Source: Polyangiaceae bacterium (GTDB lineage: Bacteria > Myxococcota_A > Polyangia > Polyangiales > Polyangiaceae). Taken from it: a stretch of 64,000 nucleotides of DNA. The DNA lies in NCBI GenBank assembly GCA_033763455.1, contig JANRKO010000043.1:133512-197511 (forward strand), in the 5' to 3' direction. The translations under genes were made by a program, and so were the position numbers. This document shows positions 19,715-29,801 of this stretch, piece by piece. How positions within the stretch are numbered: position 1 is the first letter of the stretch; every line of letters begins with the position of its first letter. A model generated the notes under the pieces. It had not been told where the DNA came from and did not search any database. It saw nothing but the letters and a program-made list of their open reading frames with translations.

Positions 19715-20326
19715 GTGCGGGTGATCGGCGGAAAATTTGGTGGTCGACGGTTGGTAGCGCCCAACAATACACGCACGCGCCCCACCTCCGATCGAGTGCG
19801 CCAGGCCCTGTTTGATGTGCTCACCCCCAACCTTAACGGTGCCGTGACCCTTGACCTCTACGCAGGTTCGGGCGCGCTGGGAATTGAAGCGTTATCCCGT
19901 GGAGCCGCGCGAGCTATCTTTGTTGAAGCAGATGCTCAGGCGATAGCTGCCATCCGCAGCAACGTTGTGGCCCTGGGCGTCGAAGCACTTACCACTGTCA
20001 TGGCCCTTTCAGTGGAGCGCTCCGCCAAGCGGCTGAGCACGTATGGTCCCTTCGATCTCGTGCTGTGTGATCCTCCCTGGGCGATTGCAGATGACGTTGC
20101 GGCACGGGTGCTTGGGGGGCTTTTGAGGTCTGCTCCGGCAAGCTTGGTCGGGCCAACGCTCCTCGCCCCGGGGGCGCGCCTAGTCATCGAGCATTCAGCC
20201 CGCAAGCCGATAGAAGAGATAGGGGGCCTCCCGCTACAGGCAATTGATCGACGGATTTGGGGGGATACGGGGGTCACGATCTTTGCGGCCGGGGCTTATT
20301 CAGTTTTCGAGGTTGCCCGCCCTTGA
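19715..20326 (+). CDS. rsmD: 16S rRNA G966 methyltransferase
   Basis: MRVIGG, RPTSDRVRQALF, LDLYAGSGALGIEALSRGA, DPP. Confidence 0.93.
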   Translation: MRVIGGKFGGRRLVAPNNTRTRPTSDRVRQALFDVLTPNLNGAVTLDLYAGSGALGIEALSRGAARAIFVEADAQAIAAIRSNVVALGVEALTTVMALSVERSAKRLSTYGPFDLVLCDPPWAIADDVAARVLGGLLRSAPASLVGPTLLAPGARLVIEHSARKPIEEIGGLPLQAIDRRIWGDTGVTIFAAGAYSVFEVARP

Positions 20327-20419
20327 GCGGTCGCCAGAGGTTCCGTAAGAACGTTGGCCACGTACGATGGCCAAGGGCAACATGTCTCACGTTTCTTCAA
20401 CTATTAATGGAGTGGCCTA

Positions 20420-21010
20420 ATGGTTAGTACCAGCCCGCCTCCCGTAAAAGGGAGTGGCAGTGGCGCCTTCATGGCGGCTGCTGCAGTGATGATTCTTCTC
20501 ATTTTGGGATTGCTGTACTGGAAGCTTTCTTCCGGAAAAGCGGAAGCTCCGGCCACCGAGGCGCCCAAGACCCCGGTGCAGACTGGGCTGCCCAAGATGG
20601 CCGAACCGCCACCGCCACCTCCGCCCCCGCCGCCCGAGGAAACGCCAGATGCTGGCCCGGAGCCTGGAACGGCTAAGAAGGCTCAGCACACCGGACCCAG
20701 TGGGTGTTCCGGCCCGTGCGGTGGGGACAGCTCCGAGGTGCAGGTGGCACTCGCGGGCCGCGCCCGCCAGGCTCAGGGCTGTTATGAACGCGCGCTGCGG
20801 CAAAACGCTATGCTCGAAGGGCAAGTGCGGGTTTCGGTCCGGATTGCCCCGAGCGGAGCAGTGTGCAGCGCTAACGTAGTGGCCGATCAGTTGGGTGATT
20901 CTTCGGTGAGCAGTTGCGTTGTGCAGCGTTTTAGAGCTTCGTCTTTTCCACCACCCAAGGGCGGCTGTATGGACGCGCAAGTGCCCATTAACTTCAAAGC
21001 AAAGCGATGA
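20420..21010 (+). CDS. AgmX/PglI (TonB C-terminal-like) domain membrane protein
   Basis: TM helix, poly-Pro linker, CYERAL..N..LEG, SCV...FR...FPPP.GG. Confidence 0.8.
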   Translation: MVSTSPPPVKGSGSGAFMAAAAVMILLILGLLYWKLSSGKAEAPATEAPKTPVQTGLPKMAEPPPPPPPPPPEETPDAGPEPGTAKKAQHTGPSGCSGPCGGDSSEVQVALAGRARQAQGCYERALRQNAMLEGQVRVSVRIAPSGAVCSANVVADQLGDSSVSSCVVQRFRASSFPPPKGGCMDAQVPINFKAKR

Positions 21011-21282
21011 TCTCACCGCTGATTCGACTGCGACATTTCAGAGCCCTCATCATGGGGCTCATCGGCTCCCTTGGTCTTTTGGGGGGCGGCTGTAGTGAAG
21101 ACGGCATTACCCCGAGCTGCCCCGACGCGCCCCTTTACGACGTGCGGGACGGCGCCGCCCGTGAGAGTGCGCAAGTGGTTGAACAACGGACCCAGGCGAT
21201 TGCCGACGGGTGCGCGACGCCAATTGGCACCACTGCCAAGAGTTCGCCCTCTCAAAACGAAGCCGGCGCGCCGGGCAACTAA
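21007..21282 (+). CDS. Small lipoprotein
   Basis: LGGGC lipobox; ATGA overlap with the upstream gene. Confidence 0.65.
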   Translation: MISPLIRLRHFRALIMGLIGSLGLLGGGCSEDGITPSCPDAPLYDVRDGAARESAQVVEQRTQAIADGCATPIGTTAKSSPSQNEAGAPGN

Positions 21283-21283
21283 G

Positions 21284-22123
21284 ATGTTAGCGGACACCCC
21301 AGCGGCAGCCGGGGAGGAGGTGCCGACCCACGATCGCTTGGGCGTTCGCCTGAAGGTCGCTTACGACGGCGCCATTTTCTCTGGCTTTGCCCGGCAACAA
21401 AATGCACGGACCATCGCCGGAGAACTCGACGGTGCCATCCGCGAAATGGACCCGAGTGCTTCGCCGGTGCGAGGGGTCAGTCGAACGGACCGAGGTGTGC
21501 ACGCTTATTCGCAGGTGGTCGCCTTCGATACAAAACTTAATATTGCCTCACGAGGTTGGGTATTGGGCCTCGCGCAGCATCTGCCTGAACAGATCAGTGT
21601 GGTTCAAGCGGCACACGTGCCGTCGGGATACTTGCCTCACCGCGATGCGGTCAGAAAGACGTACGCTTACCGATTGCTGCAGAGCAGAGTGAAAGACCCT
21701 TTTCTGGAAGGGCGCACGTGGAGGCTCCCCAACAGGTTAAACCAGATGCTGATGACCGAAGCGCTCAGCGTCATCGTCGGTGAACATGACTTTCGCGCAT
21801 TCCGTGCAGCGGATGACTCACGGCGTGACACGATACGGCAGATTTACCGCGTCAGTGTAGAGCAGGATCCAGCTGATTTACGCTGTATTCGTGTGATCGT
21901 GGAGGGGAACCGTTTCATGTACCGGATGGTGCGAATTATTGTCGGCAGTCTTGTGGACATAGCGCGTGGACGATTGAACAAGGACGCACTCGCGCTCGCA
22001 TTGAAAAGCGGGAACCGTTCGGATTTGGGGATTACGGCTCCGCCCGATGGGCTCTATCTGATGGATGTTGAATTGGGTCTGCCCGGTGTGGACCTCTGGC
22101 CGCACGACTCATCCATTGATTGA
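21284..22123 (+). CDS. truA: tRNA pseudouridine(38-40) synthase
   Basis: AYDG..FSGF, SRTDRGVHA, GEHDFRAF, FMYRMVRIIVG, TAPPDGLYL. Confidence 0.93.
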   Translation: MLADTPAAAGEEVPTHDRLGVRLKVAYDGAIFSGFARQQNARTIAGELDGAIREMDPSASPVRGVSRTDRGVHAYSQVVAFDTKLNIASRGWVLGLAQHLPEQISVVQAAHVPSGYLPHRDAVRKTYAYRLLQSRVKDPFLEGRTWRLPNRLNQMLMTEALSVIVGEHDFRAFRAADDSRRDTIRQIYRVSVEQDPADLRCIRVIVEGNRFMYRMVRIIVGSLVDIARGRLNKDALALALKSGNRSDLGITAPPDGLYLMDVELGLPGVDLWPHDSSID

Positions 22124-22178
22124 CTCACTCACCCTCGTCGCGTAGCGTCCGCCCGCGCTCGCCGGTCCAAATGTACTT

Positions 22179-22195
22179 TGGGCACGGAGCATGCA
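22179..22195 (+). promoter_or_regulatory. Possible sigma54 promoter of the spt operon
   Basis: GGCACGGAGCATGC = GG-N10-GC, about 45 bp before ATG 22239; has ATGC instead of TTGC. Confidence 0.4.
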
Positions 22196-22238
22196 AAGCC
22201 TTGCACGCCACACTTGGCTTAACGGAAGACCAACTTCA

Positions 22239-23864
22239 ATGAGTCTCAGAGACAGAATAATAGATCAGGGGAAGAAGGCTATTTTGAGGCCGTCCGTCAT
22301 GCGGATTGCCTCTGACGATCGAGTCATGAAGGCAGCTCAGGGCGTGCTGGACGCCCGCATGCGTGTAAAGGCAGCGTGGAATATCCTTTTGAGCGGCCAC
22401 GAGTTGCCCTCCATCGATCCGGCTCTGGATGATCGAATCGGCGAATCGGACAGCTTTGCGCCACCCCCGAGGGTGGCGAAGGCAGGCACCAATGGAAGCA
22501 CTAACGGGGCGCACAAGAACGGCGCGGCCGCTTATACGGAGGCCTCCTACTCCGAGGGGGCCAACGGCTCGGTTGCTCCGGTCTCCACGAGTCTGCCGAC
22601 TTCGTCCGACATGGATGAGTCGCTCAAGGAACGCGCAGGCCTCGCGAACATCTCTGGCAAAGATGTGTTTGAGAAGTGCTTCAAGTTCATGGCCGCGGAC
22701 AACGCGCGCAAGATGGGGATCTACCCGTTCTTCCGTCCGTTAGATCTCAACGATGGGCCGGAAGCTGTGATTGATGGGCGCCGCGTCACCATGTTTGGGT
22801 CGAACAACTACCTCGGCCTTACTACCCACCCGAAGGTGCGTCAGGCGGCCAAAGACGCCATTGATCGCTTTGGAACGAGCATGACGGGGTCTCGCCTCGT
22901 GAACGGTTCGATCAAGCTCCATGAAGAGTTCGAGACGAAGCTTGCCGCCTGGTTTGGCAAGGAATCTGCACTCGTTTTTACCACGGGTTACCAGGTAAAT
23001 ATTGCGAGCCTGTGTGCGCTGCTTTCCAACAAGCGTACGGTTGCTGTGATCGATCGCAACGTTCACGCTTCCTTGTATGACGGCGTGCGGTTGGGCCAAG
23101 CCTCAGGCGCACGCATGGTCCGGTACCACCATTCGGATCCTGAATCGCTTGAGAAAATCCTGGCAAAGCTAGAATCAGACGAAGGGGCGTTGGTGGTAAC
23201 CGACGGCGTGTTCAGTGCCGAGGGTGAGATTGCCAAGCTCGATCAAATCGTGCCGATCGTCAAAAAGTACAATGCTCGCCTCTTTGTGGATGATGCACAC
23301 GCACTCGGTGTGATCGGGCCCGGTGGTCGTGGAACGGCGTACCACTTTGGCTTGGCCGACCAGGTGGATCTCATCGGCGGAACCTTTTCGAAGTCGTTTG
23401 CAAGTATCGGTGGGTACCTAACGGGTGATCGCAAGGTGCTGGATTACATCCGTCATTTCGCGCCATCATTCATGTTCGCGGCAAGCGCGGCACCACCCCA
23501 GGTGGCGGCTGCCATGGCGGCTTTCGAAGTGAGTCAAGAAGAGCCGTGGCGCCTGGAAAAGCTACGTGAAAATTACACGTACATGCGCACTGAGTTGCGG
23601 CGCTTGGGTTTTGATGTTGGCCACACGGAAACGGCCGTTATCCCCATCTATGTCCGCCAGGACCTCCGAACCATCATGATGTGGCGCGATTTGCTTGAAG
23701 ATCACGGCATTTACACCAACCCTTTCATTACGCCTGGGGTGGCGCCGAAAAATCAGATGCTTCGGACGAGCTACATGGCAACGCACGAACGCCACCATCT
23801 GGACAAGGCCCTCGAAGCCTTTGAAAAGGTCGGTAAGCGCTATGGCGTGCTCAAGGGTGGCTGA
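22239..23864 (+). CDS. spt: Serine palmitoyltransferase (alpha-oxoamine synthase family) with an N-terminal extension
   Basis: GIYPFFR, FGSNNYLGLT, GSRLVNG, HASL, DDAH, GTFSKSFASIGG, FAAS; followed by GNAT and SDR genes. Confidence 0.8.
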   Translation: MSLRDRIIDQGKKAILRPSVMRIASDDRVMKAAQGVLDARMRVKAAWNILLSGHELPSIDPALDDRIGESDSFAPPPRVAKAGTNGSTNGAHKNGAAAYTEASYSEGANGSVAPVSTSLPTSSDMDESLKERAGLANISGKDVFEKCFKFMAADNARKMGIYPFFRPLDLNDGPEAVIDGRRVTMFGSNNYLGLTTHPKVRQAAKDAIDRFGTSMTGSRLVNGSIKLHEEFETKLAAWFGKESALVFTTGYQVNIASLCALLSNKRTVAVIDRNVHASLYDGVRLGQASGARMVRYHHSDPESLEKILAKLESDEGALVVTDGVFSAEGEIAKLDQIVPIVKKYNARLFVDDAHALGVIGPGGRGTAYHFGLADQVDLIGGTFSKSFASIGGYLTGDRKVLDYIRHFAPSFMFAASAAPPQVAAAMAAFEVSQEEPWRLEKLRENYTYMRTELRRLGFDVGHTETAVIPIYVRQDLRTIMMWRDLLEDHGIYTNPFITPGVAPKNQMLRTSYMATHERHHLDKALEAFEKVGKRYGVLKGG

Positions 23865-23966
23865 CCCTAGCCGCTGCTCAATACCCCCTGGCAAACGCTG
23901 GGCAATCGGGCACTCTTCGAGTTCTGGTTGACGTCCATTGGCGCGAGCCGTACGTGTCCGCCTGTC

Positions 23967-25094
23967 ATGAGTGTTGAAATCAAAAGAACTGGGGTTGGCG
24001 GTAAGCTCGACGACTTCTTGAGTGTTGTTGACTACATCTATCGCGATGATCCGAATTTTGTTCGGCCGCTCGATATGGATCTCTCCCAACGCTTAGGGAA
24101 GAAGAATCCATTCTTTGAGCACGCCGACGCGGTCTTTTTCACGGCTTGCCGAAATGGGCGTCCTGTTGGCCGAGCTTCAGCGCAGATCGATCGTTTGCAT
24201 CTTGAACGTTATCAAGACAGCGTGGGGTTCTTCGGATTTTTGGATACCGTCAACGACCAAGAGGTGGCCAACGAGTTGTTGGCTGCCGCGGAGGGGTGGC
24301 TGAGGGCGCGAGGTATTAAGCGCATGCGTGGGCCGATGTCCCTCAGCATCAACGAGGAAATCGGCTGTTTGATAGATGGCTTCGACACGCCGCCTATGAT
24401 CTTGATGCCTCACCACCTGCCGTACCAAGGTGGATTGATCGAAAAGGCTGGCTTTACCAAGCTAAAAGATCTGTATGCATGGCGTTACAGCGTGGGGGAT
24501 GTGCCCACGCGGGCAAAAAAGGCGCATGCCGAGATTGCGGCGTTACCTGAAGTTACTTCGCGCCACGTGGATAAAGAGCACATTGAGCGCGACGTGGGGA
24601 TCGTGATGGACGTGTTCAACGACGCCTGGAGCGACAACTGGGGGTTCATTCCCTATACCCGCAATGAACTCAGGAAGATGGCTGAGGATTTTAAGTTGCT
24701 CTTGGTGCCCGAGCTCACGAATATTTGTTATGTCGATGGTGAGCCTGCAGCCGTGGCGGTGGCCTTGCCCAACCTGAACGAGATTATCGCTGATTTTCGA
24801 GGTAAGCTCTTTCCGTTCGGCTTGCCCAAGCTATTGTGGCGGTTAAAGGTGGAGCGGCCGAAGACAGCGCGGCTCGCCATCCTGGGAATTCGGAAGAAGT
24901 ATCGCAACGTGCGAAAGTACGCGGGCCTAAGCACCTATATGTACACCGAGCTCAACAACGCCGGGGCGGGTGCAGGCGTCAAGTGGGGCGAGCTTTCCTG
25001 GACGTTAGAAGACAACGGCCCTGTGAACGTCGCGATCAAACTGATGGGCGGCAAAATCTACAAAACGTACCGCATCTACGAAAAGGAACTTTAA
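23967..25094 (+). CDS. Double-GNAT N-acyltransferase, bacterial ceramide synthase (bCerS)-like
   Basis: KNPFFEH, VGFFGF, RGPMSLSINEEIGCLIDGFDTPP, FNDAWSDNWGF, ELSWTLEDN, YKTYRIY; adjacent to spt. Confidence 0.75.
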   Translation: MSVEIKRTGVGGKLDDFLSVVDYIYRDDPNFVRPLDMDLSQRLGKKNPFFEHADAVFFTACRNGRPVGRASAQIDRLHLERYQDSVGFFGFLDTVNDQEVANELLAAAEGWLRARGIKRMRGPMSLSINEEIGCLIDGFDTPPMILMPHHLPYQGGLIEKAGFTKLKDLYAWRYSVGDVPTRAKKAHAEIAALPEVTSRHVDKEHIERDVGIVMDVFNDAWSDNWGFIPYTRNELRKMAEDFKLLLVPELTNICYVDGEPAAVAVALPNLNEIIADFRGKLFPFGLPKLLWRLKVERPKTARLAILGIRKKYRNVRKYAGLSTYMYTELNNAGAGAGVKWGELSWTLEDNGPVNVAIKLMGGKIYKTYRIYEKEL

Positions 25095-25097
25095 AAC

Positions 25098-26084
25098 GTG
25101 ACCGTTCTTGTAACCGGCGCAACCGGATTTTTGGGCTCGCACATCGCGGAGATTCTGGCAAATTCTGGCAAACAAGTGAGAGCCTTGGTTCGCCGTTCGA
25201 GCGACACGAGCTTTTTAGAGAAGCTGCCCAACGTGGAGCTGTGTTTTGGTGCTGTAGAAGATCGCGAGAGCCTGCAACGAGCGGCGGCTGGTGTGGAATA
25301 TTTGATTCACTCAGCGGGGGTCGTGAAGGCGAGCAGTAAGCGTGAATTCTTTCGTATCAATGAAGGCGGCACCGAAAACGCCGTGGCGGCGGCCCTGCAT
25401 GCGGGGCCCCAGTTTAAGCGATTCGTGTTGGTTTCTAGTTTGGCAGCGCTAGGCCCAAGTGATGCTCAGGGCAATGCCGTTCCGAGTGAGCGCAGCCCGA
25501 TGCCCTGTACTACCTACGGCGAAAGCAAGCTCGCGGCCGAGCGCGCTGTGTTGAAATACCAGGACCGCCTCTCAAGCGTGATGGTGCGCCCACCAACCAT
25601 CTACGGTCCTCGCGATCGAGAAGTGCTGATCTTCTTCAAGACCGTGAAAAACGGGGTGTTACCGCTCACGAGCCCGCTTGATGCAAAATTCAGCATGATT
25701 TACGGGCCCGACGCTGCGGATGCGTGCGTACGAGGGATGAGTGCGGCCGTGCGGAGTGGCAGCGGCTACTTTGTAGATGACGGCAAAGTCTACTCTTTCC
25801 GCGACATGATTGAGCTCACCGAAGCTGCTGTGGGTAAGAAGGCATGGCTGCGCTTGCCCATTCCAAAGCGCGTTGTGCGCACGTTGGCTTTGGGGAGCGA
25901 GCTTTATGGCAAAGCCACCAAACAGGCTGTGATGTTCACTCGCGAGAAGTGCAATGATCTATTCTCTCAGTGGGTGTGTGATAGCACCGAAACGCGCAAA
26001 GATTTAGGCTGGGAACCAAAGGTGCCGTTTGCCGAAGGTATCATGCTAACTGCAGATTGGTATCGGAAGGCTGGCTGGCTGTAG
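25098..26084 (+). CDS. NAD-dependent epimerase/dehydratase (extended SDR), candidate 3-oxoceramide reductase
   Basis: TGATGFLG, VSS, YGESK, RPPTIYGPRD; 3 bp after the bCerS-like gene. Confidence 0.8.
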   Translation: MTVLVTGATGFLGSHIAEILANSGKQVRALVRRSSDTSFLEKLPNVELCFGAVEDRESLQRAAAGVEYLIHSAGVVKASSKREFFRINEGGTENAVAAALHAGPQFKRFVLVSSLAALGPSDAQGNAVPSERSPMPCTTYGESKLAAERAVLKYQDRLSSVMVRPPTIYGPRDREVLIFFKTVKNGVLPLTSPLDAKFSMIYGPDAADACVRGMSAAVRSGSGYFVDDGKVYSFRDMIELTEAAVGKKAWLRLPIPKRVVRTLALGSELYGKATKQAVMFTREKCNDLFSQWVCDSTETRKDLGWEPKVPFAEGIMLTADWYRKAGWL

Positions 26085-26132
26085 ACACCGCATTTCAGAT
26101 GCTTGCCGGAGGTAAGCGCCAAGTGCGATCGC

Positions 26133-26624
26133 TCATTTGAAGCGACGCGAAGAGACCGGAGGGTGATCTGGATCGGGCACTTCGAGCGGAGGCTCATGCG
26201 CTTTGGCGCGCAAGAGATTGATGAGGGCAAGCACCCGCGGGCGCAAGAGAAGTGCGCGCTGAAAACGCCGTTTCCCCGGGAAATCGAGGATAAAGAGAGC
26301 CACCAGGATAGCGAGCACTCCCTGCCCGGGCAAGACGAGCATCGCCAACCCCATGGCGAGGAGCACAAGGCCCAGCAGGTTCTTTAGCACCCGGAGCAGC
26401 GTACGCGACCACGGGCGGTGTTCCACAATTCCAAGTTCTCTCCGTTCTCGCCGTGTGAGAAAATCTGCTGGTACTTTAGCGAAGAACCACGGAACGCCGA
26501 CGGCGCTCAGAATAAAAGTTCCGATCGAAAACAGCGCCAGGGCGCCCAAGGTGTGCGGGTGCACAAGCCACATGAACGGGCCGTGCAGCCATGTGGGCAA
26601 CCACGAAAGCACCCAACTTTGCAT
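26133..26624 (-). CDS. PGPGW-family transmembrane protein
   Basis: LKNLLG...MLVLPGQG...LDFPGKRR. Confidence 0.75.
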   Translation of the reverse strand: MQSWVLSWLPTWLHGPFMWLVHPHTLGALALFSIGTFILSAVGVPWFFAKVPADFLTRRERRELGIVEHRPWSRTLLRVLKNLLGLVLLAMGLAMLVLPGQGVLAILVALFILDFPGKRRFQRALLLRPRVLALINLLRAKAHEPPLEVPDPDHPPVSSRRFK

Positions 26625-26629
26625 GAAAC

Positions 26630-28000
26630 TCAGCGCCGCGCCTGGCGCGCTGCGTGGATCGAAGCGAGAGCAGCACGGGCCTTGTTGCGAGTCTCTTTGC
26701 ATTCGAGGTCGGGCACGCTATCCGCCACAATTCCAGCACCCGCGGTGACCTCGAAACGATCGCCACGCATTACGACGGTGCGAATAGCTATGGCAAAATC
26801 GAGATCCCCATCCGCTGTGACGTAGCCGATAGCTCCGCCGTACGCTCCGCGGGAGCGGGGCTCCAATTCTCGGATAATTTGCATGGCTCGGACTTTGGGC
26901 GCGCCGCTCAGAGTCCCCGCTGGAAAGGTGGCGCGAAGCACATCCCAAGGGCCTTTGTCCTTTTGCACCTGCCCCTCCACCTCGCTCACAATGTGCATCA
27001 CGTGGCTAAAGCGTTCCACGATCATCTGCTGGGGTAATTGAACGCTCCCAGGCTCTGAAACGCGACCCACGTCGTTGCGCGCAAGGTCAATGAGCATTAC
27101 GTGCTCCGCGCGCTCTTTGGGATCGGCCAACATTTCGGCCGCGAGGGAGGCATCTTCAGCTTCGGTGCGGCCGCGGCGGCGGGTGCCAGCGATGGGCCTG
27201 AGCGTTACTTTGCCGTTTTCGAGGCGCACTAGTGTTTCGGGGCTCGCGCCCGCGATGGCTGTTGCTGCGAGACCACCACGTGCAGGCAGCTCCAACAGGT
27301 ACATATATGGCGCAGGAGAAAGCACACGCAGCGCTCGATACACGTCCAAAGGATCGGCGTTGTCCCGAGGTACGGAAAACGTTCGGCCAATGACAATTTG
27401 AAAAGCATCCCCCGCTCGAATGAACTCTTTGCAGCGCTCCACGCTAGCGCCAAAATCATCGTCGGAAGTGTTTACGGCAATGTCCGAAGGTAGTGCGGCG
27501 GGGTCCGGCGGGGCCATCGGCGCAAGGGCGGGCACGCCCACCAGGTGAGCTGCGGCGCGCTCCAGCTCCTCGGCGCTGTGCGCCGCGATGGTGGCGGTGT
27601 GCGTGAGGTTGTCGAACACAATAACCGTTGCTTTGCCGACCAAGCGAGCAACAGGTTCATGGGAGGTGGGCCAAGGCGTGACTTTGGTGGCGTAGTGCAC
27701 CATGTCGTAAGCGAGCATGCCAATGTGTGCGCAGGCGAAGCGGGCGGCCACGTCGGATGTTTTAGCCGTGGTGGGAGCGGTGAGGTGAGCAAGCTCGGCG
27801 AAAGGATCGACTCCAGGCGTGCCCACAAGGTCGATGGCGACTTCCGGGCGATAACCTATAATTGAGTATCGCCCCCAGCGTTCTCCGGGCACTACGCTTT
27901 CAAGCAGAAAACATCCATCTCCTCTATCCGCGCGGAGCACCGCGTAGGCACCCACTGGCGTGATTCCGTCCACAACCAGCGTTCTTGTAAAAATCGTCAT
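26630..28000 (-). CDS. trpE: Anthranilate synthase component I
   Basis: FLLES, GRYS, GDAFQ, PAPY, ASPE, PIAGTR, AEHVMLIDLARND, TLSGAPKVRAM, AGAGIVADS. Confidence 0.92.
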   Translation of the reverse strand: MTIFTRTLVVDGITPVGAYAVLRADRGDGCFLLESVVPGERWGRYSIIGYRPEVAIDLVGTPGVDPFAELAHLTAPTTAKTSDVAARFACAHIGMLAYDMVHYATKVTPWPTSHEPVARLVGKATVIVFDNLTHTATIAAHSAEELERAAAHLVGVPALAPMAPPDPAALPSDIAVNTSDDDFGASVERCKEFIRAGDAFQIVIGRTFSVPRDNADPLDVYRALRVLSPAPYMYLLELPARGGLAATAIAGASPETLVRLENGKVTLRPIAGTRRRGRTEAEDASLAAEMLADPKERAEHVMLIDLARNDVGRVSEPGSVQLPQQMIVERFSHVMHIVSEVEGQVQKDKGPWDVLRATFPAGTLSGAPKVRAMQIIRELEPRSRGAYGGAIGYVTADGDLDFAIAIRTVVMRGDRFEVTAGAGIVADSVPDLECKETRNKARAALASIHAARQARR

Positions 28001-28171
28001 GTCGAGCTCGGTACGTTACAAGGACACTCCCCAAGGAGACACCCGCCCATCGCCCCCAGCGTTCGGCCAAAGCCTTGCGCGCCGGGGAGTGGGTCGCAGA
28101 ATTGTGGGATTTGTGCCACCTCTTGGGCAAGTAGAATTGACGCGGGATCTTCGCTAGCCTCCGCTCCGTCT

Positions 28172-29740
28172 ATGGCCCAGCAGAGCTCAGCCGCCGCCCT
28201 CGTGGCTTATGCCGAAACCTTGTTTCAGGGGGGGCGCGTCCTTTTGGTTGGAAATTCGGCGAGCCGCTTGCCAGAGCTGTTCTTGGCTCGGGGTGCGGCC
28301 TCCGTCTGCGTCTGGGATCCGGATGCAACACGCGCGGCTCGTTCAGCGCGGCCGGGTCGCTCAGAGGTCACGGTGGAGGCGCTAGCTGCGGAGCCTGGGA
28401 GGCACCGTGGCTTTGATCTGCTGTTCGTAGAAGATCTTGCCAGCATCAAGGAGCCGGCAGAGCTGCTCCGGCGAGGTAAGCGCAGCCTGGCTCGGCGTGG
28501 GGCGGCGCTCATTGTTTGCGAAAATGTCGATGCCGTGCAGCGCTTGTTGCCTAGCATCAGCGCCGCGGTTTCCGAGCTCGACTACTATTCACTCTACGAT
28601 ACCGTGGCCGCTCTGTTCCCAGTGGTGCGCATGCTGGGCCAAGCACCGTTTGTTGGCTATGCCGTAGCTGATTTCGCGACTGACGGCACACCGGTGCCCT
28701 CGGTAGACACCACGCTGCTCAAATCGGGTGCGGAGCAGCCCGAGACGTTCATTGCGTTGGCTTCTTTTGAGGCGATAGAGCTCGAAGCCTTCAGTCTCGT
28801 TCAGCTGCCGCTGGCGGAGCTTGGGCTCTCTTTCGGAGATAGCCAGCCAAGTGCAGTGGCTCAAGAAGAATTGCGGCGCATCACCGAAGAGAATGCGACC
28901 CTGGCTGCTTCCTTGAAGCTGATGACGACCGAGCGCGATCGAGCCAAAGTGGAGTCGATTGCGTTGCGGGACGCGACGGCGGCCTTGCGCATCCAGCAGG
29001 GTAAGGCCGAAGAGGAGTTGGGGCGTCAGCGGTCGGTGGCTGAAGCTGCTCAAGCAGCGGCAAGGAAGGCAGCCGAGGAAACGCAGGCAGCCGCGCGCAA
29101 GATAGCTGAAGAGGCGGAGGCAAAAGCGAAGCGGGCCGCAAGCGAAGCCGAGCTAAGAGCGCAGAAGCAGATAGAAGGGGCCGAAGCGCGAGCGCAGAAG
29201 CTGATCGAAGAATCACGAGCCAAGGCACAAGGGCTCGTCGAAGATTCTGTTGCGAAGGTTCAGGCCAGGATCGCCGAGCTTGAGAACCTCGCTAAGGTCC
29301 AAGCTGAGCGCTTGGCAACCTATGACCAGGTGAAAGACGTCGACGGCGCAGTGGAGCTCGCCCGGTTTGAGGAGCAACTCCGAAGCCAGGCCTCGGAGCT
29401 TAATCGGCTGGAAAGCGAATTGTCTCAGGCGCGCACGGTGGGGCGTGCGTTGGTACTGGAGCTTGAGGTTGCCAAAGCTGAGAGCTCTCAGCCTTTGGGC
29501 ACCGCAGCCGCGGCGGAAGCGCCAAACGCTGATCTAGCGCAGAAGCTGGCAGATGCTCAGCAACAGGCCGCGGTTCGCGAAGCCGACTACCAAGTGCTTC
29601 TCTGGACCATTGATCGGTTGGAGGAAAAGCTTGGTCTCGGTGTCTCAAACACTGACGATCCGGCTCGTCAAGCAGCCAGTGCGCTCACACAGCGCCAAGC
29701 CGCGCTGGGCTATCAAGTGAAAGCGGAAACTCGCAATTAG
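28172..29740 (+). CDS. Degenerate methyltransferase-like N-terminal domain + long coiled coil
   Basis: GGRVLLVG, LDYYSLYD..FPVVRMLGQAPF.GY; Ala/Glu/Lys heptad-rich C-terminal half. Confidence 0.65.
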   Translation: MAQQSSAAALVAYAETLFQGGRVLLVGNSASRLPELFLARGAASVCVWDPDATRAARSARPGRSEVTVEALAAEPGRHRGFDLLFVEDLASIKEPAELLRRGKRSLARRGAALIVCENVDAVQRLLPSISAAVSELDYYSLYDTVAALFPVVRMLGQAPFVGYAVADFATDGTPVPSVDTTLLKSGAEQPETFIALASFEAIELEAFSLVQLPLAELGLSFGDSQPSAVAQEELRRITEENATLAASLKLMTTERDRAKVESIALRDATAALRIQQGKAEEELGRQRSVAEAAQAAARKAAEETQAAARKIAEEAEAKAKRAASEAELRAQKQIEGAEARAQKLIEESRAKAQGLVEDSVAKVQARIAELENLAKVQAERLATYDQVKDVDGAVELARFEEQLRSQASELNRLESELSQARTVGRALVLELEVAKAESSQPLGTAAAAEAPNADLAQKLADAQQQAAVREADYQVLLWTIDRLEEKLGLGVSNTDDPARQAASALTQRQAALGYQVKAETRN

Positions 29741-29801
29741 CCGAGTTGACAGTAAAACGAACGAACTTACCTTCCTCCGGCAAGTTGCCCCGGTTTAGTC
29801 G

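Noticed and set aside
22191..22238. Upstream ATG of the SPT ORF
   Set aside because: It falls inside the sigma54-like motif; ATG 22239 is the more plausible start.
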